Shown: positions 18,649 through 25,889 of the stretch, one piece after another
Position numbering within the stretch: the stretch's first letter is position 1
Layout: every line of letters starts with the position of its first letter
Source: Eubacteriales bacterium
GTDB taxonomy: Bacteria; Bacillota; Clostridia; Oscillospirales; SIG627
NCBI GenBank assembly: GCA_045541915.1
Contig: JAZQJZ010000037.1
Coordinates: 52,735-116,734, forward strand
DNA length: 64,000 nt
Direction: 5' to 3'
The notes under the pieces: model-generated
Database searches by the model: none
The model's input: the letters and a program-made list of their open reading frames with translations, nothing else
Told to the model about the DNA's origin: nothing
Program-made: the position numbers and the translations under genes

Positions 18649-19669
18649 ACCTTACCGGTTTCGAAATCTGATCAGCCTGTTTGTGATCATGGTGATGTTC
18701 AGCTCCAGCTTTTTGACGGTGCTTTGCTTTATTCTGCTTCGGATATTCCGTCTGTTGCCCACTGCGTTTTTTGCCACTGTCTGGATGCCGGTGGTTTTGA
18801 TGCTGGTGGTCAATGTGATCACGGCTTGTGTGCACTTTTTTCTGGTTCCAAAGCTGATTCGCCCCATTGAATCTCTGATTGATGCCACAGGCAAAGTGGC
18901 AAAAGGGGATTTTTCCGTTCGGGTCTCCTCGGAGGATATGGTGGGAGAGGTGAAGGAATTGGTGGATAGCTTTAATGCCATGACCGAGGAACTGGGGAGC
19001 ACCGAGATCTTTCGAAGTGATTTTATTCGGGATTTTTCCCATGAATTTAAAACACCCATTGTCTCCATGAAGGGCTTTGCCCGACAATTGAAAAATCCGC
19101 TTCTTTCCGAGGAAGAAAGACAGCAATATTGCGACATTATCATTTCCGAATCGGAGAGATTGAGCAATATGAGCGCCGGGATCTTGCTGCTTTCAAAGTT
19201 TGAAAACCAGCAGATCATTTCCGACAAAAAGCCTTATCGGCTGGATGAACAGCTGCGAGACTGTATTTTGTTGATGGAAAAAGAATGGGAAGGGAAGAAT
19301 CTTGATCTGGATTTAAATCTGGACCCGGTGAGCATTGTGCAGAATTCAGATGTTTTGTACCACGTTTGGTCCAATCTTATCTCCAACGCGGTGAAATTTA
19401 CTCCGGAAAACGGAACGGTAGCCATTCAGCTGACGGAAAATCAGGATGCGGTGATCGTCACCGTTCGGGATACCGGAATTGGTATGACCGAAGGGCAAAT
19501 GAAGCACATTTTTGATAAGTGCTATCAGGCTGATCCGGCACATTCCGAAAAAGGAAATGGTCTTGGCCTTTGCATCGCAAAGCGGATCTGCACCCTTGCC
19601 GGGGCCAGTCTTTCGGTTCGATCCAAAATTGGGCAAGGATCGGTGTTTACTGTGATTTTGCCAAAATAA
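18641..19669 (+). CDS. HAMP-domain sensor histidine kinase (intramembrane-sensing type)
   Basis: Two TM helices with a short loop, SHEFKTP H-box, NAVKF, DTGIG and GNGLGL boxes. Confidence 0.93.
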   Translation: MARPYRFRNLISLFVIMVMFSSSFLTVLCFILLRIFRLLPTAFFATVWMPVVLMLVVNVITACVHFFLVPKLIRPIESLIDATGKVAKGDFSVRVSSEDMVGEVKELVDSFNAMTEELGSTEIFRSDFIRDFSHEFKTPIVSMKGFARQLKNPLLSEEERQQYCDIIISESERLSNMSAGILLLSKFENQQIISDKKPYRLDEQLRDCILLMEKEWEGKNLDLDLNLDPVSIVQNSDVLYHVWSNLISNAVKFTPENGTVAIQLTENQDAVIVTVRDTGIGMTEGQMKHIFDKCYQADPAHSEKGNGLGLCIAKRICTLAGASLSVRSKIGQGSVFTVILPK

Positions 19670-19689
19670 ATAAAATGAAATAAAAAAAG

Positions 19690-19725
19690 AAAAAGCCTTT
19701 GCTGAATCAAGCAAGGGCTTTTTTT
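19690..19725. terminator. Bidirectional terminator at the left edge of the phage-like cassette
   Basis: AAAAAGCCTTTGCT...AGCAAGGGCTTTTTTT. Confidence 0.8.
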
Positions 19726-19742
19726 CGCTCTTTTGAGTTCTT

Positions 19743-19949
19743 TCATTTTTTTGGAATTCGGTGAACGCTGAACTTGGTTCTGGAAAACTTCCTTCCCCGG
19801 ATGGTTTGATACACATTTCGGTAAACAGCATCACGGGAAATTTTCATGCAGGAGGAAAGCTGCGGCACCGTGTCCCACACCCCAAGACACAATTCCATAT
19901 CGGAAGACAGATCATATGCGGCATAGCATACGTGCTTTATTGGTATCAC
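19743..19949 (-). CDS. Small basic phage-type protein, putative DNA-binding regulator
   Basis: 68 aa with YAAYD...ELCLGVWDTVPQLSSCMKISRDAVYR (HTH-like) and a basic tail, preceded by a near-consensus promoter. Start codon uncertain. Confidence 0.6.
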   Translation of the reverse strand: MIPIKHVCYAAYDLSSDMELCLGVWDTVPQLSSCMKISRDAVYRNVYQTIRGRKFSRTKFSVHRIPKK

Positions 19950-19969
19950 CTCTCATTCTCTCTGAAGGT

Positions 19970-20059
19970 ATTATAACACGAAAAATCGTAATCGTCAATA
20001 ATTTTTTGCGAAAAATCGTGCGTAAAAATTGATGGTATCTCGAAATCTCGTGATAAAAT
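19970..20059. promoter_or_regulatory. Divergent promoters with three operator-like repeats (consensus CACGA-N4-TCGTG)
   Basis: Minus: TTGACG-N17-TATAAT (19998-19970). Plus: extended TGnTAAAAT (20051-20059). CGAAAAATCGT at 19979 and 20009, CGAAATCTCGT at 20041. Confidence 0.65.
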
Positions 20060-20090
20060 AGCATCAGAAAGGAGGGGATGCCCTTGATTG

Positions 20091-20142
20091 TGTGAAAAAG
20101 TCTGTGGAAAAGTATGTGGAATGTGAAAAAGTGTGTGGAAAA
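20091..20142. promoter_or_regulatory. DnaA-box cluster
   Basis: TGTGAAAAA (20091), TGTGGAAAA (20103), TGTGGAATG (20115, degenerate), TGTGAAAAA (20122), TGTGGAAAA (20134); reverse complements fit TTWTNCACA. Confidence 0.6.
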
Positions 20143-20159
20143 GTGAAAGGAGAAAAAAG

Positions 20160-20489
20160 ATGGAATGGATTCGTGAAACGGTAATGGAGATTGTTTTGAC
20201 GGGACTTGGCATTTTTCTGACTGCGTTGATGACAAAAATTGGCTCTGTGGTGGAGAAATATTGGAAAGCAAAATCCTCAGATGAAAGCATTCTTGCCATT
20301 GCCAGAACCTGCGTTGGCGCAGTGGAAATGATGTACCGGGAATGGGGCGGTGAAGAAAAATTGGAGCAAGCTATGACCTTTGCCGAGGATCTGCTTCGGG
20401 AAAAGGGAATTGATTTGCCCAAGGAGCGGATACGCCTGTTTTTGGAATCTGCTTTGGCGGAATGGAAGGGAGTGTTTTCTGACACATGA
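20160..20489 (+). CDS. Phage holin, LL-H-like family
   Basis: One N-terminal TM, then A..CVGAVEMMY...GEEKLEQA...L.EKGI...I...LESAL pattern. AAAGGAG RBS. Confidence 0.8.
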   Translation: MEWIRETVMEIVLTGLGIFLTALMTKIGSVVEKYWKAKSSDESILAIARTCVGAVEMMYREWGGEEKLEQAMTFAEDLLREKGIDLPKERIRLFLESALAEWKGVFSDT

Positions 20490-20893
20490 TGGATCTTGCA
20501 AAAAATCTGGCGGTGATCCTGGGTCTTGTGGTTTCCTTGGGAACGGTATTCACCGTCACCCTTCCGGGATTACGAAATAAAATAAAAGCAAAATGGAAAG
20601 AAGGGGATGATCTTCGGACAGAAATTGGATATTTGCGCGGTCTTCTGGAGGAACACGTAAAAAAAGATCATTCCAAGGAAGAGGAAGCTTGTTTGCAAAA
20701 GGAAGTGGATATTTGTGTTCTGCGGGATCTGATCACCACCCTGTATTACAAATACTCCCACGAAAAAAAAATTCCCGTTTATGCTATGGAGGACATTACG
20801 GCACTTTATCAGCTCTATCAAAAAAGGGGCGGCAATTCTTATGTACAAGTGCTTATGCGTCAGATCATAGAAGAATGGGAAGTGATGCATTGA
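20486..20893 (+). CDS. Phage lysis-module membrane protein (holin-associated)
   Basis: N-terminal TM, coiled coil, and C-terminal LR..I...YY...LYQLYQKRGGNS motif typical of ORFs next to holins in Firmicutes phages. Confidence 0.65.
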   Translation: MMDLAKNLAVILGLVVSLGTVFTVTLPGLRNKIKAKWKEGDDLRTEIGYLRGLLEEHVKKDHSKEEEACLQKEVDICVLRDLITTLYYKYSHEKKIPVYAMEDITALYQLYQKRGGNSYVQVLMRQIIEEWEVMH

Positions 20894-20900
20894 AGAAAGG

Positions 20901-22700
20901 ATGAAAACTATGAGAAATATCAGCGTTGATCTCACGCAAGACAGCCCGACTCCTCAATACCTGTTTGTGGGATATGAGGGGGAACACAATGCCACACGTC
21001 TGAAGGTGGTATTGCCGGAACGGATGCGCCTTTCCGGAGAAGTACAGTACCGCTTTTTGTTTGAGACGGCAAGGGGGGAAGCGGTTTTTTCCGCAGCCCT
21101 GACACCGGAAGAGGATGGCAGCCTTTCGGTTTTATTGGCACAGGCCCTTATGGTGCCGCCGGTGTTAAAGGCTTATGTGGGTTGTTATGGCACCGAAAAC
21201 GGCGAAACCGTACTGGTGGCCAAAACACCCCAAATGCTCCTTGGGGTGCAAAAGAGCATTCCGGAAACACAGGAAGAGGTGAATGTAAATGGCGCTTGTG
21301 TTCCGGGGCTTAAGATCGAGGATCGCCTTTTAAAGGACAGTGAAAATCCGGTGGAAAGCCGCGCCATTTATCAGGAATTGGAGAAAAAGATCGGCAAAGG
21401 AGATGTGGCGGGAAGCGTTCACGCTCCCACTCTGGCATCCGCTTCTTCACCGGTTTCGGAAAGGGCGGTTTCCTATGCATTGGAAAATAAGGTCTCTTGG
21501 AGCGATGTGGTCTTTGATCTGGACTCTTCTTTGCCCAGTGCCCTGAAGGTTCCCAGCGAAACTGCCACGGTGTCAGCACTGGAAAAGAAGGTGGGATGGG
21601 AGAATACTGTCTCTTCCGTTTCCAGTACCACCGCCTCGAATGACAAAATCCCCACCGAAAAGGCAGTTTCCCATGCCTTGAAAGAAAAGTTGAGCTGGGA
21701 CAATGTGTCCACAGACATTTCCGCTTCTGCTTTTTCCGATGAAAAGGTTCCCTCGGAAAAAGCGGTGAGCGTTGCTCTTTCCAGAAAATTCGACGCGGAC
21801 GATCTTTTGGTGTATATGCCCTCGGACTCGTTGACCGACACCTCCGATCCCTTGGAGCAAATGAAAAAAGCAGTTTCCGCCTATGGCCTGGGGAGACATT
21901 TTTCCCAATATGTGCAAAAGGGGAATGTGGAATCTTCTTTTTCTGCCACAAGCAAAAATCCGGTTCAGAACAAGGTGGTTTCCGCAAATGTAGCAAATGC
22001 CTTGAAAGGCACGGCAAGCGGTACTTTTGTTCACCTTGACGACATTTCACCTTTAGAACACGAAATGAAGGTAACCCTTTCCGGGGAAGAAGAATCTCTT
22101 GCCAATGCCACGCTGAAGAGGTGCGGCAAAAACCTATTTGATCCCCAGTCTCTTGTGGATTGCGGCGGTGTGATACAGGAGGATGGAGCCATTTATTTTG
22201 CAAGGGCCAATTCCATTTCGCAAACGACGGTTTTTCAAGGGGACTTTGGAACCAAGCGGCTTACTTTTTCATATAAAGTGAAGACTGCCGCTGCCGGCGG
22301 TTCGTCCGGCGCCCGCTTTTTTATTTATTACAAGGACGGTACCTATGAATATGTGGGCAATGTATCCGGTTTAGATTATCAGGAAATCGTGGTGACCACT
22401 AGAATCGGCTATCAATTTGATCGAATCGTTGGGGATTATGGCTCGGCCTTAAATTCCACCTGGATCAAGGATATACAAATAGAGGTAGGCACAACCAAAA
22501 CTGACTATGAAGCTTATTTCTGCACCGAATACGAACTAAATGCCGACGGAACTGTGGATGGCGTGAAAAGCCTTTATCCGGTGACTGTACTGTCAACCGA
22601 TTCCACCGGTGTAAATGTGAAAGCAGAGTACAACAAAGATACAAACAAGGTGATGGAAAACCTTGTCAATGCCATTATTTCATTAGGAGGAAATGTATAA
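20901..22700 (+). CDS. Tail-fibre / receptor-binding-like protein (BppU-like N-terminus, repeat stalk, carbohydrate-binding-like C-terminus)
   Basis: GYEGEHNATRL N-terminal motif; repeats of about 34 aa (NPVESRAI, SPVSERAV, KVPSETAT, KIPTEKAV, KVPSEKAV, NPVQNKVV); GKNLFD...IQIEVGTTKTDYEAY domain. Confidence 0.7.
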   Translation: MKTMRNISVDLTQDSPTPQYLFVGYEGEHNATRLKVVLPERMRLSGEVQYRFLFETARGEAVFSAALTPEEDGSLSVLLAQALMVPPVLKAYVGCYGTENGETVLVAKTPQMLLGVQKSIPETQEEVNVNGACVPGLKIEDRLLKDSENPVESRAIYQELEKKIGKGDVAGSVHAPTLASASSPVSERAVSYALENKVSWSDVVFDLDSSLPSALKVPSETATVSALEKKVGWENTVSSVSSTTASNDKIPTEKAVSHALKEKLSWDNVSTDISASAFSDEKVPSEKAVSVALSRKFDADDLLVYMPSDSLTDTSDPLEQMKKAVSAYGLGRHFSQYVQKGNVESSFSATSKNPVQNKVVSANVANALKGTASGTFVHLDDISPLEHEMKVTLSGEEESLANATLKRCGKNLFDPQSLVDCGGVIQEDGAIYFARANSISQTTVFQGDFGTKRLTFSYKVKTAAAGGSSGARFFIYYKDGTYEYVGNVSGLDYQEIVVTTRIGYQFDRIVGDYGSALNSTWIKDIQIEVGTTKTDYEAYFCTEYELNADGTVDGVKSLYPVTVLSTDSTGVNVKAEYNKDTNKVMENLVNAIISLGGNV

Positions 22701-22900
22701 TGTTTTGTTTGAAAGACTTTATCAAAACAGGATTGTTGAAGGCGGTAGGATTTCTGGAGGATTATCAAATCATCTTGAATGCTGCCGGTTGGTATGAAAA
22801 AGGTGTGCTGGAGGAGAGCGATCTTGCAGAAATCCAGCTTGCCGTCGAGGAATATAATTTGGAAAAATACGGAAATCATTCAACGGCGGAGGCTGTATGA
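22700..22900 (+). CDS. Small phage protein (XkdX-like, possible fibre chaperone)
   Basis: 66 aa, coupled to the fibre gene (TAATG) with an AGGAGG RBS; W.EKGVL.ESD..EI pattern. Confidence 0.55.
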   Translation: MFCLKDFIKTGLLKAVGFLEDYQIILNAAGWYEKGVLEESDLAEIQLAVEEYNLEKYGNHSTAEAV

Positions 22901-24138
22901 TCGGCTCTTCTCTGGTAAAAGCAGTTTATTTGGCGCATCAGGGGAATTATACCGCCGGAAGAAAAGGCAAAATTGAAAAAGTGACCCTTCACCATATGGC
23001 AGCCCGCTGGACGGCAAAGCGTTGCGGCGAACTGTTTCAAACACCGGGAAGGAAAGGCTCTTCCCATTACGGCATTGGCTATGAAGGGGAAATCGCCCAG
23101 TATGTCAGCGAAGGGGACACCGCATGGTCCGATTCCAACTGGGAGTCCAATCTTAGCTCCGTTTCCATCGAATGTGCCAATGAAACAATGGGAGAACCCT
23201 GGCCTGTGTCAGATTCTACCTTGGAGAGCCTTGCTTTGCTGCTTGCGGACATCTCTCTTCGCAATCATTTAGGCCCTTACAAAAAAGGAGAAAATTTGAC
23301 TTGGCATCAGATGTACAGTGCCACCGCTTGCCCCGGCGCCTTCCTTCTTTCCAAAATGGATGAGATTGCCGAAAGGGCCAACAAACTCATCGCGAACGGT
23401 ATGCCTGCTGCGGAAAAAAAGCGGGAGGTAACGGTATCCTACCAGGTCTTTACCGATCAATGGCTGGGAAATATCTATCGGCATGATCCAAAGGATCCGA
23501 TCTTTGGATATGCCGGGATTTTCGGTCAGGGGATCAGCGGACTTTTTGTCAATGCAGACGTGGGAAATGTCTTCTATCAGGCCCACATCAAAGGGGGACA
23601 GTGGCTTCCTGAGGTAAAAAATCGAGAGGATTTTGCCGGCATCCTGGGCAGAGAAATGGACGGCGTAATGATCCGGGGCGACAACATCGGGATCTCCTAT
23701 CAAGTGCACACCAAGGAAGACGGCTGGCTGGGTGTGATCCGCGGTTATGATAAATCCGATCCTCAAAACGGCTATGCCGGTATCTTGGGACATACCATTG
23801 ACGGCATTATGATCTGGGCCGATCCGATCCTGGCAGAGGAAACAGCAGAAAAAAATCTTTCGCAGGAAGAGGTCCCCCCCTTGCCCGAGGAAGAAAAAGT
23901 GAAAGAGTCCGAGGAAGCAGAGCCGGAGGAAGCAGAGCCGGAGGAAGCAGAGCCGGAGGAAGCAGAGCCGGAGGGAGCAGAGCCGGAGGAAGCAGAGCCG
24001 GAGGAAGCAGAGCCGGAGGAAGCAGAGCCGGAGGAAGCAGAGCCGGAGGAAAAGAAATCAAAAAAGCAACGAATTCTGGAAATTCTGAAGAATCTTTTTC
24101 ATTTGATCAAGACATTTTTTGATTTTTTAAAGCCCTAA
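22897..24138 (+). CDS. N-acetylmuramoyl-L-alanine amidase (Amidase_2 endolysin) with ChW-like repeats, acidic linker and amphipathic C-terminal helix
   Basis: Zn/catalytic motifs present: TLHHMA, SSHYGIG, SIECAN, WHQMYSATACPG. Three YQ.H....WL-type repeats. Confidence 0.88.
   Translation: MIGSSLVKAVYLAHQGNYTAGRKGKIEKVTLHHMAARWTAKRCGELFQTPGRKGSSHYGIGYEGEIAQYVSEGDTAWSDSNWESNLSSVSIECANETMGEPWPVSDSTLESLALLLADISLRNHLGPYKKGENLTWHQMYSATACPGAFLLSKMDEIAERANKLIANGMPAAEKKREVTVSYQVFTDQWLGNIYRHDPKDPIFGYAGIFGQGISGLFVNADVGNVFYQAHIKGGQWLPEVKNREDFAGILGREMDGVMIRGDNIGISYQVHTKEDGWLGVIRGYDKSDPQNGYAGILGHTIDGIMIWADPILAEETAEKNLSQEEVPPLPEEEKVKESEEAEPEEAEPEEAEPEEAEPEGAEPEEAEPEEAEPEEAEPEEAEPEEKKSKKQRILEILKNLFHLIKTFFDFLKP
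23911..24045 (+). repeat. 15-bp tandem repeat x9 (GAGGAAGCAGAGCCG, encoding EEAEP)
   Basis: Nine units read directly; unit 5 has one A>G change (EGAEP). Confidence 0.97.
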
Positions 24139-24143
24139 AAAAC

Positions 24144-24178
24144 AAAAAAGACCTTGTTTTTACACAAGGTCTTTTTTT
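24144..24178 (+). terminator. Intrinsic terminator closing the cassette
   Basis: AAAAAAGACCTTGT...ACAAGGTCTTTTTTT. Confidence 0.85.
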
Positions 24179-24282
24179 ATGTGTATAGGTTACAAAAAAG
24201 GTATTTTTGGTCGTTTTGCGTATGACTTCGAACTTTCAATAAAATTCAAAATCGTCTGCGAAGCGGATGCCTTCGACACCTA

Positions 24283-24344
24283 TTCACGATTCACTTTTAG
24301 CAGTTACCTAATCGACAAGTTTTGAGAGAAGAGTGAATCGTGAA
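24283..24344. repeat. 13-bp perfect inverted repeat (REP/MITE-like)
   Basis: TTCACGATTCACT (24283-24295) and AGTGAATCGTGAA (24332-24344). Confidence 0.6.
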
Positions 24345-24349
24345 AAAGT

Positions 24350-24385
24350 AAAATCGACAAGCTTCTGTCGAAACTTGTCGATTTT
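24350..24385 (-). terminator. Terminator of tRNA-Ala
   Basis: AAAATCGACAAG...CTTGTCGATTTT hairpin abutting the CCA end. Confidence 0.75.
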
Positions 24386-24461
24386 TGGTGGAGCATAGGG
24401 GACTTGAACCCCTGACCCCAACACTGCCAGTGTTGTGCGCTCCCAACTGCGCTAATGCCCC
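24386..24461 (-). tRNA. tRNA-Ala (GGC)
   Basis: GGGGCATTAGCGCAGTTGGGAGCG-CAACA-CTGGCAG-TGTTG-GGGTCAGGGGTTCAAGTCCCCTATGCTCCACCA, 76 nt, with the G3:U70 pair. Confidence 0.97.
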
Positions 24462-24703
24462 ATTGCGATCACGAGTGGTATTGTAACACAGCAAAAGAAA
24501 AATAGCAAGACTTTTTTTCAAATTTTCTAATTTTCTTCTGCAACAAAAAGGGAAAAAGAAGGGGAAACGTAAAAAGATATCTTCCAAAAAAATGTCACGT
24601 TCTGTAGAAGTCGGCATAGAATGGATCGTGAGGAACCGGATTTTCGAGAAAAAACGGGCTTTGATCAGCCGGTGGATCTTGTCGCCAAATTTCGGCGAAA
24701 TCC

Positions 24704-24732
24704 TTGACAAAAAGGCGAATTTATGGTATCCT
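24704..24732 (+). promoter_or_regulatory. Sigma-A promoter of the lysine operon
   Basis: TTGACA-N17-TATCCT with an extended TG. Confidence 0.7.
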
Positions 24733-24738
24733 CAGTAT

Positions 24739-24905
24739 TCGATAGAGGCGCACTGCATCAAGAGTACTCGAACCCGAAAAAGGCTTGCCGGAGCCGGGGC
24801 GAGAAAAGGGGTGGGTGCCGAAGCAGACTTTTGCGGCAAAAAAGTCCGTCTGGCAGCTTGGAGAATATCCCTGTTGTTGTCGCAGAAATGCGGAGAGCTA
24901 TCCGA
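24739..24905 (+). ncRNA. Lysine riboswitch (L-box)
   Basis: GATAGAGGCGC...AAGAGTA...AAAGGGG...GCCGAAG...TGG...GAATA...TGTCGC-GAAA-GCGGAGAGCTATC fits the L-box consensus and precedes dapA-lysC-lysA. Confidence 0.92.
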
Positions 24906-24941
24906 CTTCCCAAAGGGGTCTATATGTTTTTTGGTGATAAG

Positions 24942-24972
24942 TCGGTGGCTGCTTGCAGCTACCGATTTTTTT
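24942..24972 (+). terminator. Riboswitch expression-platform terminator
   Basis: TCGGTGGCTGC-tt-GCAGCTACCGA-TTTTTTT. CCGACTT (24902) can pair with AAGTCGG as an antiterminator. Confidence 0.8.
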
Positions 24973-24988
24973 CAAGAAAGGAACGATT

Positions 24989-25876
24989 ATGAAAAACACT
25001 ATTTTCCGTGGCGCAGCCACCGCACTTGCAACTCCTATGACCGAAACAGGAATTGACTTTGATGCCCTCGGAAAGCTGATCGAGTTTCAGATCGAAGGCG
25101 GCATCAGTGCCCTTGTGATCACCGGAACCACCGGTGAAAGCTCTACTTTGACCGATGAGGAGCACAAGGCTGCCATCTCCTTTGCAGTCAAACAGGCAAA
25201 GGGGCGCGTTCCGGTGATTGCCGGTACTGGCTCCAACGATACGGATTATGCCATTGCCCTTTCCCGTTATGCCTGCGAGGCGGGCGTTGACGGTCTCCTT
25301 TTGGTGACGCCTTATTACAATAAGGCAACGCAAAACGGTCTTGTGGCGCATTTTACAGCCATTGCCGATGCGGTAACAAAGCCCGTTATTCTTTACAATG
25401 TTCCTAGCCGTACCGGCTGCAACATCAAACCGGAAACGGTGGCGATCCTGGCTGAGCATCCCCGTATTGTGGGAATCAAGGAAGCCAGCGGTGATCTTTC
25501 TCAGGTGGCAAATATCGCTCATCTTTGCGGCGATAAGATCGATATTTACTCCGGTAATGACGATCAGATCCTTCCCGTTCTTTCCCTGGGGGGTGCCGGT
25601 GTGATCTCGGTTCTTTCCAATCTTCTTCCCGGTCAGACCGATCAGATCTGCCAGAAGTTTTTCGAAGGGGATAACCAGGGTGCAAAAGATCTGCAGCTTC
25701 GATATCTCCCTTTGATCCACGATCTGTTTTCCGAGGTGAATCCCATCCCGGTGAAGGCAGCGCTTTCTGCGATGGGCTTCGGTGAAAACCGACTCCGCTT
25801 GCCCTTAACTCCCATGGAGGAGAAAAACAGAAATGTTCTGATCGAGGAAATGAAAAAACAAAATATTTTGGTTTGA
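24989..25876 (+). CDS. dapA: 4-hydroxy-tetrahydrodipicolinate synthase
   Basis: GTTGES, TPYYNK, LYNVPSRT, GIKEASG and NPIPVK motifs. Confidence 0.97.
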   Translation: MKNTIFRGAATALATPMTETGIDFDALGKLIEFQIEGGISALVITGTTGESSTLTDEEHKAAISFAVKQAKGRVPVIAGTGSNDTDYAIALSRYACEAGVDGLLLVTPYYNKATQNGLVAHFTAIADAVTKPVILYNVPSRTGCNIKPETVAILAEHPRIVGIKEASGDLSQVANIAHLCGDKIDIYSGNDDQILPVLSLGGAGVISVLSNLLPGQTDQICQKFFEGDNQGAKDLQLRYLPLIHDLFSEVNPIPVKAALSAMGFGENRLRLPLTPMEEKNRNVLIEEMKKQNILV

Positions 25877-25889
25877 GGTAATATCTGAA

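Larger units (their letters stand above)
19743..24178. mobile_element. Phage-derived lysis/fibre cassette (cryptic or domesticated prophage segment) near the tRNA-Ala 3' end
   Basis: Holin, phage lysis-module membrane protein, BppU-like fibre, XkdX-like protein and amidase in one operon, bounded by terminators. No integrase, att duplication, capsid or replication genes visible. Confidence 0.7.

Noticed and set aside
19979-20051. Operator repeats as LexA (SOS) boxes
   Set aside because: The Firmicutes SOS box is CGAAC-N4-GTTCG; these are CACGA-N4-TCGTG, a different sequence and spacing.
23911-24045. Repeat array considered as a CRISPR, and the antisense (PPALL)n ORF
   Set aside because: Head-to-tail 15-bp units without spacers, in frame within the amidase, and no cas genes.
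19670-24461. Intact prophage or attL/attR duplication of the tRNA-Ala 3' end
   Set aside because: No second copy of the tRNA 3' sequence was seen near 19.7 kb, and there are no integrase, terminase, capsid or tape-measure genes.
24297-25056. ORFs 24297-24710, 24592-25056 and 24723-24992
   Set aside because: They overlap tRNA-Ala, the promoter and the lysine riboswitch and show no protein features.
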